This document shows positions 13,343-24,589 of a stretch of 64,000 nucleotides of DNA, piece by piece. The stretch comes from Chiloscyllium plagiosum (Eukaryota). The number at the start of each line of letters is the position of its first letter. Within the stretch, counting starts at the first letter, position 1. The DNA is taken from contig NC_057750.1 in the NCBI RefSeq assembly GCF_004010195.1, positions 12,127,144-12,191,143 on the forward strand. Reading direction: 5' to 3'. The notes under the pieces are model-generated. The model saw nothing but the letters and a program-made list of their open reading frames with translations. It searched no databases and had not been told where the DNA came from. A program made the position numbers and the translations under genes.

Positions 13343-13861
13343 CTACAAACCTTCTCAAAACTTGCCCTGTAATATGAATGACAAGTCAGGTGGGCAGGGT
13401 GAAAACTGTTGGGTTAGCCAAGTGTTTTGCTTCCAATTTGTAATTTTTGTATTCCTGTCCTACTGTTGGGCCCATAGTACTTCTGTTCAATTTCATGCCA
13501 AAAATTCCTTATTAATATGGGTGCCGTTGGTTGGTCAGTATTCATTACTAGCCCTAGTTGCCTTAAATTGAGAAGGTGGTGGTGAGTAAATTTCTTGGTC
13601 TGTGTGCTGCAGATTGGAAGGATCCTGTTGTGAATTGTGTCAACCCAACCACTGGCTGGCTACAGTGCTACCAACAATCCTTTCTACTTTTTCAAAATAA
13701 AATAATTGATTAAATCAAATCAAAATTATAATTGACAGTTGCTAAGGGTCATTTTAATGAAAGTGGAATTTAAATGAAACCCTCTTCTCAAATATGTTAT
13801 GTCATATACCTACAGCAGATGGGACGTTTGGCTCAAAGACATTGCCTCTGTACCACATGAA

Positions 13862-13969
13862 TCCTTACTGCATCTGGTATTCCCAGGCAGTCTCTCATCC
13901 AGATAATAAGCATGCTTGAGTCCGCTTAGCTTCTAAGATCAACATTTTCAGACAAGTACAACTGTAGAC
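13862..13969 (-). pseudogene. 5S rRNA pseudogene
   Basis: Reverse complement GTCTAC...TGATCTTAGAAGCTAAGC...TGGATGAGAGACTGCCTGGGAATACCAGATGCAGTAAG aligns to vertebrate 5S with many substitutions and a deletion of roughly 10 nt. Confidence 0.85.
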
Positions 13970-14619
13970 AATCCTCCTCTCGATGTGGAGTCTGAGGGCC
14001 TGTTTCATGAGCAGTGGTGGAGGAGGTCATGTGTCATTGCAATCTTTGCAGGTCACATTGACACATTAAGCATGATTATAAAAATTATGAGGAGCACACC
14101 TACCTCAGGACCTCATGTTAAACTCCACCTTCTCCCCCAAAGACTGAGAGACATTATCAGATTGGGCAGGGTGGCTTCAACACTAATTCTTTAAGAACCT
14201 TATACAACAGTTGTGGCAGAGATTGGCTGACCTGTTAATGTGGCTATGTTAGCAATTTCACATTTGGTTAATTGCATTAAGGTCAGAAAGTGTTTTTTTG
14301 CCTTCCAATTTTGTAAAACTTGGCAACTTCTCAATTATGCCACTGCCAAGCACACTTTTCTACAGGTTAATTACTGAATGCTTGTTTGGTTAATGCAAAA
14401 AGTGGTCATCTAAAATAGGTTGCATCTTCAAAAAAAGACATGTTACAATGAATCAAAGTAGACATGACTTGACAACGCTTCCTGTTAATAGTCATAAAAG
14501 ATATATTTTGTAAATATTAAATTGGTTACATTGCATATAAATTTATAGAGATTCAACAGGTGATAGTGGCTTATTGCTTTGCTGTAGCCCCTGAGTCTCA
14601 TCAGCATATTGTCTGCCTT

Positions 14620-14810
14620 GGGGGCCGGTTAGCTCAGTTGGCTGGATGGCCAGTTTGGAAGCAATTCCCGCAATGGCTGAGGTTACTATGAAAGACACTC
14701 CTTCTCAATCTTCCCCCTTGCCTGAGCTACGGTGAACCTCAGGTAAAACCATCAGCAGTTGTCTTTCTAGTGAGAATGTATGGTCAGGTAAGTCTGTGGT
14801 GACTTTACCT
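14620..14810 (+). mobile_element. tRNA(Ile)-like SINE, possibly MetaSINE type
   Basis: GGCCGGTTAGCTCAGTTGG head; CCCCTTGCCTGAGCTACGGTGAACCTCAGGTAAAACCATCAGCAG core with a CCTGAG/CTCAGG stem. Confidence 0.55.
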
Positions 14811-15164
14811 CTATATTCCTAGAGTTCTGCTTTCTTACAGTGGTATAAACTGACCACTCAGCCCTAAACTTAGTAACAGCAGTAGGTTGTTCCACTTTTC
14901 GACGCTAATCCAACATTTGATTGATTGACCCACATTGATTCCATGTCCTTTGATTTTTGAAATCGGTTGATATGCTTAAAAATTTCCATTGATTCTCAGC
15001 ATCATGTGTGTTTTAGGGCAACATAATCTGGATTTCTATCTACCTTTGCATGGAAATTGCTCTTTATTATGCTCTGACATGCCCACATTTAATATTAATG
15101 CAATGGCCATTTTCTGGACATCTGCACCAGAGGCACCATTTCTTTACATCTAAAAATCAAGACT

Positions 15165-15512
15165 AACACTTTCAGTGCCTTATTGATGAATGTTGCGTTG
15201 TCAGAGATGTCTTATTCCAGATAAGATGGGAATCCAAGACCCCAGATGCTTTCTCAGATGGATGTAAAAGATGTCCTGAACAAGTGCAGGGGAGCTCTTC
15301 CTGGTGCCCTGGCCAAGGAATATCCCTGAATCAATGACAATAATAGATAAGTGGTCATTATCATATAGTTTATGGAATCTTGCCTTTCACGAATTGGCTG
15401 CTCCATTCCCTCCATTATGGTGGTGACTCCACTTTGAAAACATCCATTGGCAGAAAAATGCCTTGGAACCTCCTGAGGTTTGGGAGGGTGCTATATATGC
15501 TTGTTTTTCTTT
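15165..15512 (+). mobile_element. Deu-domain SINE (SacSINE1-like)
   Basis: CTCAGATGGATGTAAAAGAT...GCAGGGGAGCTCTTCCTGGTGCCCTGGCCAA...GGTCATTATCA...ATTGGCTGC...CCTGAGGT. Confidence 0.7.
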
Positions 15513-15774
15513 AATCTTAACTGGAACATCAAATCACCTCAACTAAACCATCTTCTCAACTCAGGACCAAGGAATAGTCTGCTTGATTCGATCTTTGATA
15601 AGTAGGGGCAGAAAGGATGATGGAGAAAGGGCAGGAAAGTGGAATTGAGGAGTTTTGAATCAGCCATGATCCTATTGAACAACAGAGCAGGCATAAGGAG
15701 CTGAATGGAGTACTCCTGTTCCTATATCTTATGGTCTTTTTAGCTTGACTCAATAGATTGCCTCTTGGAATCAC

Positions 15775-16375
15775 TGTATCTGGTCATTTTGTGGCTGTAC
15801 AGGATGTTGGTTAGGCCACTTTTGGAATATTGAGTGCAGTTCTGGTCTTCTTCCTATTAGAAGGATGTTGTGAAACTTGAAAGGGCTCAGAAAAAAATTA
15901 CAAGGATGTTGCCAGGGTTGGAGGATTTGAGCTATAGATAGAGGCTGAATAGGCTGGGGATGTTTTTCCTGGAGCGTTTGAGGCTGAGGGGTGACTTTAT
16001 ACAGGTTTATAAAATCATGAGGGGCATGGATAGGATAAATAGACAAGGTCTTTTCCCTGGAGTGGGGGAGTCCAGAACTAGAGGGTGTAGCTTTAGGGTG
16101 AGAGGGGAAAGGTATAAAAGACACCTCAGGGGCAAACTTTTCACGCAGTGGGTGGTACGTGTATGGATTGAGTTGCCAGAGGAAGTGGTGGAGGCTGGTA
16201 CATTTACAATATTTAAAAGGCATCTGGATGGGTATATAAATAGGAAGGGTTTTGAGGGATATGGGCCAAGTGCTGGTAGGTGGGACTAGATTAGGTTAGG
16301 ATATCTGGTCAGCATGGATGAGTTAAACCGAAGGGTCTGTTTCTGTGCTGTACATCTCCATGACTCTCTGATTCT
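15775..16375 (+). mobile_element. CR1 (HER1-like) 3' fragment
   Basis: ORF 15960-16289 LRGDFIQVYKIMRGMDRINRQGLFPGVGESRTRG...FTQWVVRVW and intact tail. Confidence 0.92.
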
Positions 16376-16504
16376 ATAATTCTGGTGAGCTGTTTGTGAT
16401 GCCTTTGTTAGTGTTCATTATACAAATCACATCTGCAAAAATACTCGCCTTTCATATTTCCCTGAATATTTATAGTATTTATTTCCTCAAGTATTTGACC
16501 TTTA

Positions 16505-17030
16505 TTTCATTCTTTTCTTGTGATGTGGGCGTTGTTGCCCCTGAGCCAATGTTTGTTGTCTATCCCCAAATGCTCTCAAGAAGATGACGGTGAGCTGTAT
16601 CCTTGAACTGCTGTGTTCTACATATTATAGGTACACTGATGGACCTGTCAGGAAGGAGGTTTCTAGGATATTGACCCAATCGCAACGAAGGAATGGTGAT
16701 ATAGTTTGAATTCAAGATGGCGAGTGATATGGAGGAAAACTTAAAAATAGGAGGGTTCCCTTGTATCGACTGACTTTGTCATTTATAGGTGGTAGAGAAG
16801 GCATTGGTTTGGAAGTTGCAGTTGAAGTAGCCTTGATGATTTGTTGTAGTGCATCTTGTAGATGTTAAACACTTGTGCCACTGTGCATTGGAGGGAGTGA
16901 ATGTTCAAGATGGTGGATGGGTGCAGGTGGCTTTAACCTGGATAGATTACAACTTCTTGAGAATGTTATTTGGAGCTGCACTCATCCATGCATGTGGATA
17001 CCATTCCATCAAACTTTTGCCTTGTAGATA
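16505..17030 (-). mobile_element. Second CR1-clade LINE family, degenerate 3' end
   Basis: Similar in reverse complement to 37500-38010 and directly to 54825-55890. Confidence 0.6.
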
Positions 17031-17689
17031 GAATCATTGAGATGTATAGCATGGAAACAGACCCTTTGGTCCAACTTGTCCATGCTGACCAGAATCCTAA
17101 ATTAATCTAGTCCCATTTGCCAGCACTTGGCCCATATCCTTCTAAACTCTTCCTATTCATATACCCAATGGAAAGGTTGTAGTGAATCAGGAGGTGGACT
17201 GCTCTGCACAGAATTCTTATCTCAACCAAAGCTAATGTTAATGTAGACTTAAACCACATACTCATTTTGCATTTGATGAGCTTGCTTAATTCAAACTCTC
17301 TCTGTGTCTCCCAAGAGCCAAACACAGGCTGTCATTGCTGCAGCTAATGAGCCTTATCAACCTTTAGTGAACTTTGCAAAGGCCTCCAGTACTACAACCA
17401 AAGTAATAATTGAATGTCCTGTGACTGAAGCCTCATTGCTAATTGGTGGAATCTGCACCAGGCTACCACTTTCACACATGGTGGAACATTATATTGCAGA
17501 CTCAGTTACAGCATGGCAATGCTGTGAGAATATCTTGAACTAATCCTAATATTGGTGGAAAATCCAAACTGCCCTGTTGCCTTTTATAGGAAACAACTTT
17601 TTTTTTGCTGTTCTCTTTCTGTTCATTCGTATGTGTCTTTTCTTTGGATGATTCTTCTGCATTTTGCTAATTTTTTGCTCCAGCCAGGA

Positions 17690-18405
17690 GGGTGGTAATG
17701 TCACTGGGTATCATAATCCAGACATTGAGTTATTGGGACACAGGTTCACATCCCACCAGGGCAACTGATGGGACCCAAATTCTGTTAATAAAATCTGGTG
17801 CACTGGTTTTGTCCCTACCCCTGAACCAAGGGTTCAAGTCCCACCTGCTCCAGAGATGTGTAATAACATCTCTGACCTGGAGAATGTGAGGACTGCAGAT
17901 GCTGGAGATCAGAGTCAAGAGTGTGGTGCTGGAAAAGCACAGCAGGTCAGGCAGCATCTGAGGAGCAGGGGAATCGATGTTTCACACGTTAGCCATTCAT
18001 GAAGGGTTTATGCCTGAAACGCCGAATCTCCTGCTCCTCGGATGCTGCCTGACCGGCTGTGCTTTTCCAGCATCTCACCCTTCGATAATATCTCCGACCA
18101 GGTTGATTAGGAAAATAGATTAAAGTTTAAAAAAATTAAAATTGCAATTCAAAGCCAATCATCAGTGATGGTGACTATGAAACTATTGTCAATTGCCATA
18201 AAAATCCATTTGGTTCAATAATGTCCTTTACAGAAGGTGATCAGCTATCCTTATCCAGTCTAGCCTACATGCGACTCCAAACTCATTGCAATTGGTTGAC
18301 TCTTACTCTCCTCTGAAATGGTCAGGAAGTCACTCAGATCAAGGGCAATTAATTAGGGATGGGCAACAAATCTGGGCCTCCTCACATCCCATGAAAAATA
18401 AATTT
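17690..18405 (+). mobile_element. tRNA-derived SINE with nested short SINE and Penelope-derived fold-back element
   Basis: Head GGTGGTAATGTCACTGG...GGTTCACATCCCACC; body and tail shared with 22425-22775; inserts at ~17797-18120. Confidence 0.65.
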
Positions 18406-18959
18406 AAAAGTTTTGCTGACTTCTCTTCCATGCACTTGCCATTTCTACCTCATTGGCTGCTTTTCGCTTGTCTCCACCTTAACAACTGAGTTTCTCTCCT
18501 ACATTAACATTTATGTCCTCTTATAGCCACTTTTCTTGTTCTCTTTGATCAGCAACAGTTGACAGGCATTCAAATAAAATTATAGGCAAGGGGGACATGA
18601 TGTCAGGTCAGCATCACATTGGGACTCCCTCTCCTGAGGAGAGGGATCTCCAATGTACTTGACATGGATTCCACTCCAGGCAAACCATCCTGCCTCTGTC
18701 TTAGATCTGTGTTGATACAAAATGGCCTGTAGAAACAAGTAATTATATGACTCACCTAACGATCCATGTGTAAAGCTTTTGGGTCTTTGGCTTCTGCTGA
18801 GACTGGGATTCCCAGGCAGGTAAAGGCTGAAGTTTAGACCTGTTGTCTGGGATGTTGGTTCTGCAGCTCCATTCCACTTCTGGCATTTTTGTGGAGGTAG
18901 GACTGGAATTATCAGATTTCCCATCCTGCATGCATTGGGTGGCTCATTAAGGGTCTAAT

Positions 18960-19540
18960 AGAGTCATAGAGTCATAGAGATGCACAGTGCAGAAACAGAC
19001 CCTTCGGTCCAACTCGTCCATGCCTACCAGATATCCCAACCAAATCTAGTCCCACCTACCAGCACCTGGCCCATATCCCTCCAAACCCTTCCTATTCATA
19101 TCCTCATCCAGATGTCTTTTAAATGTTGTGATTGTACCATCCTCCACCACTTCCTGTGGCAGATCATTCCATACACTACCACCCTCTGCATAAAAAAGTT
19201 GCCCCTTAGGTGTCTTTTATATCTTTCTTCTCTCACCTTAAACCTATGCCCTCTAGTTCTGGACTCCCCGACCCCAGGGAAAAGACTTTGTCTATTTATC
19301 CTATCTATGCCCCTCATACATTTGTAAAGCTCTATAAGCCCCACCCCCTCAACCTCTGGCGCTCCAGGGAAGACAGCCCTAGCTTATTCAACCTCTCCCT
19401 GTAGCTCAAATCCTCCAACCCTGGCAACATCCTTGTAAATCTTTTCTGAACCCTTTCAAGTTTCACAACATCTTTCCAATGGGAAGGACACCAGAATTGC
19501 ATGCAATATTCCAACAGTGGCCTAACCAATGTCCTGTACA
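18960..19540 (-). mobile_element. CR1 (HER1-like) 3' fragment
   Basis: MYRTLVRPLLEYCMQFWCP...KLERVQKRFTRMLPG. Confidence 0.92.
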
Positions 19541-19871
19541 TTGTAATAAATACTGTAAAAAAAGGGGAATGATTGGAATTGTCTAGTCGCCTCAAGCTTC
19601 CTGCACTGACAGAGGCCACTGGATAAGTTTGGGGGAAGGGGTGAGATCAGGAGGTGAGTGCATCAAAGGCCTTGACAGCCTTTCTGGGAGCAAATGCAGT
19701 CACAGGTTGCCCTCCAGAGGTATCTCCAATCCAGAGGGAAAAATCAGTGGGAAAAAAAAACATTTGTACTTGGAAATGTACATACTGGTTACAGTGGATC
19801 TTCATTTTGAAGTACGCAATATAAGTTGGTCCAGTGTGTCTCACTCACTTGTTTGCGTGTTATCTCCTTCT

Positions 19872-20702
19872 GTAATTTATGTCCACTCACTGTCCATGTT
19901 TGCGAATCAATATCAGTGTTATTCCTAGCTCCATACTCTTAGCGTAATGTTCATCTTTTTAATTCACAGCCTAGCTCTGGGAACATCAACCCCAGTTAAA
20001 CTATCACAATGGTGACTATTGAATTAATGGCCGTCATGAATAAGATTGGCAAAGTGACTGCCTGGGGCTTGTTTGGTGGATGTGGGAGTGTCCCTGGAGC
20101 AGACACATTTTCCCTTAGAACTCTGACTTGTGGCTACATTGTGCTATAGTGACAGTTAGAAAGTGAGACACAACGTTGAAATGATAATGCTTGGATGACT
20201 GAATAAGTTGAGAAATTCCCATAATCTCCAACTTGGAAGGTTGTAGGGTCAGAGTGTTTACAGCATAGAAGGAGGCCCTTGGGCCCAGTGTGTTGGCACC
20301 CGGCATTATGACATTCATCTCCTGTAATCCATTTTCTAGCATTTCTTCCATAGCCTCATACTCTATGGCATTTCATCTGTTTATCTAAATAGTTCTTAAA
20401 TGTCTTGAGGATTGCTGCAAACGTTCCCGTGGTAGGGACCCATTTCATATCTTGTACACAGTGGATCTCTGAAATGAAAAATGATTGAGGTCACTGTGAT
20501 GCTTGACCGCCCAGTCAAAAACAAATCCAAGCATCTGTCTTGTGTGCAGTCCTCATTCTCAGATCATCGCAAAGTACAAATAAATAACCTCTGTCATCAC
20601 CTACCTCTTTATTGTTCCAATGTTTCATTCTGACTTTCCCTGCTCCAATTCTTCATTTCTATCCACTTCCAGTACCACAACCCTCACTTCCTTGTCCGCT
20701 TG
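19872..20702 (+). repeat. Local duplication, copy 1 (copy 2 at 22904-23495)
   Basis: Direct, highly similar match; 20304-20542 is absent from copy 2. Confidence 0.9.
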
Positions 20703-22424
20703 AATCTTTTTTTCCTTTCTCTGTCTCTGTCTCTCTCTCTCTCTCAGAAGCTCCCATTTTCTTTTGTTCCATTTTGCTCTCAGATCTCTGCCTCGCTTTC
20801 CAACCTGCAAAGATTAATACTCCAGGCAGACATTGAGAGCCTTCCTGGGTGCAAGAAACGTCATAGCTTGCCATCCAAGAGGGCCTCTAATCCAGAGGGA
20901 AATATCAGTGGAAAGCAAATACATTGGTAATTGGAAATGAACCTACTGGATGCAATGGATCTTTATTTTGGAATACACAATATGAGTCAGCCCAGTATGT
21001 CTCATTCTCCAGTTTTAGTGTTTTCTCCTTCTGGGAAATCAACTCCCACTCCCCCAGTGATTTCGATGACCGCCCACTCACCACCCCATGACCCCAAATC
21101 CCAAAGAGTGACAGCTTCTCCATCATGATGGTTATGTGATTGTTTCTAGGGCCAGGCATAGGCCTGACTTGAGTTCTGCACCGCTGAAGATGTAATCACT
21201 TCAAAGCCTGTTTGTGTGGCAGTTTGAATTTTGAATTTGGCTTTATGTTTAAAAAATGTGATATCACTGAAAGTCGCAGAATCTGCTTATATCGTTGATT
21301 CCTTTTGGGTACAAAGCTTACTTTTCTTACATAGTCTGCTCTGAGTGCAAATGATTTTGTCACCTCCAGACACTAGGCTTTGTCAAATAGTAACCAGTGG
21401 TTAAAGATGGAAGTTTAACGAGACGTTTTCAGGGTTAACTAGGGATGAGGAACAAATGTTGGCCCTCCCTGAGATACTTGTATCTTGACATGAGTACTAG
21501 TGAGAGGCTTGATGAAGAGATAAATATTTATGTCAACACATTGCTCAGTTCTTGAAAGCAGAATCATTTCAAACTCTGCCTGGCCCTGGACTAACACAGA
21601 AGTTTTAATTACTTCGGGATGGATGAGAGGTTTGTTTTTGTAGAATTATTATTTGCCAAGCTTTTCGCTTGTGCGTTTGTTCCTCCATTCTTGGAGCCAA
21701 ATCATTTGTGTATGTCCTTCCTTTAGTATCTTTACTGGCTGTGCACTGCAAGCCTCTACCCTGTTCTCCTTAATCTCTCTCCCCTTTGACTGCATCTTCA
21801 TTCAGTCTTCTTCTTCTACTGCTGAATGACTGCTGCGTCGGGTGAATTTGGGATGCTTTATGATATTAAAGTTGCTCTTATCCACCATGTTACATTTGGA
21901 GCCAGTTCCCCAAGTGAAGAAATTCTGTGTCAATCCAAATTCCAGTCTTCTATTAGAAAGGGAGCAGCGTCATTCATTCTGCATCCAGTCTGGATTTGAG
22001 CAGTGGTCATGGAAAGACAGTCCTGTATTTATCTTTAGTTTGATGAGACCCCCCTCCCGTCGGCCATTCATCGTACCCATAGGATTTAAATGAACACACA
22101 TTACAGTAGGTCAGGTAACTCATGCTGACTTACTCTAGTACTTTTTAATATAAATGTCAACACTCAATATACAAACTATAGTTAGAAACGGTTGAAGGTA
22201 TAATTTAGTGGTTGTTAAAAATAGCACAGCGCGGGCTTTAGTTTCCAACCGAGATCTTCCACTGTGTGACAGGACTCACTGAGATCAGCAGATATCAGTA
22301 TGAGCTTGTTCAACTGCTGGGGACTTGCCCTATTGTATATTGTGGAGCATAAAGATTTAAGACACTGAGACCTGGATCTGTGAGGCTGGAGATGGAGACT
22401 TAGAACCTGCAGGAAATTGTTTTT

Positions 22425-22776
22425 ATTAAATTAACTCATGGGATGAGGATGTCACTGGCCAGGCCATCATTTATTGCCCATCCCTAATTGTCCAGAGGAC
22501 AGTCAAGTATTAACCAGATTGCTGTGGGTCTGGAGTCATGTAGGCCAGATCGGGTTAGGATGACAGTTTTCCTTCCCAAAAGGGAGTTAATGAACCTGAT
22601 GGGGTTTTCCAAATTGATCATGGTCTCATGGTCATCATTTGACTCTTAATTCCAGGTTTTTATTGAATTCAAATTCCACCATCTGCCATGGCAGGATTTG
22701 AATCCAGGTCCCCAGAACATTACCAGGATCTCTAGTTAAAAGTCTAGCGATAATACCACTAGGCCATCACCTCCCA
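22425..22776 (-). mobile_element. tRNA-derived SINE sharing its 3' tail with the second LINE family
   Basis: Reverse complement GGGAGGTGATGGCCTAGTGG...GGATTCAAATCC...AATTAGGGATGGGCAATAAAT...CATCCCATGA. Confidence 0.75.
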
Positions 22777-22903
22777 CGAGGGAACAAGGGCTGGTGTGAG
22801 GGCCTGGATCCTTTTCTTGGGGCGTGAATTGGAGAGCCTTCAGTCTCTTAATACTAGTGGAATTTTTATTAATAATCCTGCTTCACATTGCCATTCTGTG
22901 TTT

Positions 22904-23495
22904 TGTAATTTATGTCCCTTTGCTGTCCATGTTTGCAAATCAGTATCAGTGTTATTCCTAGCTCCATACTCTAAGGATAATGTTCATCTTTTTGTTCCAT
23001 AACCTGGCTGTGGGAACAACAACCCAGTTAAACTATCACAGTGGTGACTATTGAATTAAATGCCATCATGAATAAGATTGGCAATGTGACTGCCTGGGGC
23101 TCGTTTAATGAATGTGGGAGTGTCGCTGGAGCAGACACGTTTTCCCTTAGAACTCTGACTTGCAGCTACATTGTGCTGTAGTGTCAGTTGGAAAGTGAGA
23201 CACAACGTTGAAATGATAACGCTTGGATGACCGAATAAGTTGAGAAATTCCCATAATCTCCAACTTGAAAAGTTGTAGGGTCAGAGTGTTTACAGCATAG
23301 AAGGAGGCCCTTGGGCCCAGTGTGTTGGCACCCGGCTGTGCAGTCCTCATTCTCAGATCATCGCAAAGTACAAATAAATAACCTCTGTCATCACCTACCT
23401 CTTTATTGTTCCAATGTTTCATTCTGACTTTCCCTGCTCCAATTCTTTGTTTCTATCCACTTGTAGCACCACATCCCATGCTTCCTTGTCCGCTT
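22904..23495 (+). repeat. Local duplication, copy 2
   Basis: Matches 19872-20303 then 20543-20702. Confidence 0.9.
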
Positions 23496-24589
23496 GCACT
23501 CTGTCTCCTCTCTTGTACTTTGTTTTCTCCCCTCCTACCCCCGAGACTCCCCTTTCTCTCTTTCCATTTTGCTCGGAGGTCTCTGGCTCTGTTTGCAACC
23601 CACTCTCCCTCTTCCCCTCTCTGTATCTCACTTGACATTTCCCCTTACACTTTTTTTTGTGCTGTCTCTCCCTTGCTCCACACATCCTCCTACCTCTGTC
23701 TCCCTCTGTTTCCTTCCATGTCTTGATTCCTCTCTCCATCTTTTCACAATGTCTTTTTTTCGCACACTGTCTTCTTTCTCCTTCACTTTATGTTGTTCAT
23801 GATCTTTCTAAACAGCTGTCCATGTCCATACTTCCTTTGCTTGTTTTTTTTTTCTCTAGCTGCTGTTTCTGTCTCTGTCGAAATTGCAATTTTTTTTTTT
23901 TTTGCAATATTCTGCTTTGGTTTTTTTTCTCTTTGCCTTCCTCCCCTCCTTTTCTCTTTAGATTCCCCCACTCTCCTCTCGCAAAAATCAAATCCTTGGC
24001 AGCCTAGGAGCAGTTCTTAGTCTTTCATACAGTGGAGACACCTGTTTAGAATTGGCAATGAGTGACTCTTGGATTCACCAGCCACTGGTTATCTTGTCTT
24101 TAAATGGTCACCTTCTGAGTTAAAAAAAAAAATTGTGTTCTGAGTGAGTCCAGACCCTGAGAGGATCTGCTGATTGCTTCCATTACACACGCAGTACAGA
24201 CATTCTGCTGCTTGTCCTTAATTACCTTGTACGTGGGTGTAAGCCACTGCTTCATATCACAGGAAGCAGCTCCCCTGTGTTGGAACACAAACAGCCTCTT
24301 CATCTACGAGCAAAATAAAGATGCTGTCAAAATGATCATATTAAAATCCAAAGACTGGGAGTGGCAGTTGCTCAGCCCATGATGAATAATATACCGACAT
24401 ATATTGGTTTATTGTATGACATGTTTATTTCTGTGTGTTTTATCTTTTAATGAAGGAGCTTGGAACATGCCTCACACCTAGTGTCCCACACAGTCCACCG
24501 CATACCTGACAGAAATATAAATATAATGGATGAGTCATTTTGTGAAGAGAATAGAAGTGGAAAGGATAATTCAGTGTTTCCTGTCACCC

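Noticed and set aside
20456..20525. RAG recombination signal heptamers CACAGTG/CACTGTG
   Set aside because: No proper nonamer at 12 or 23 spacing and no V/D/J segments
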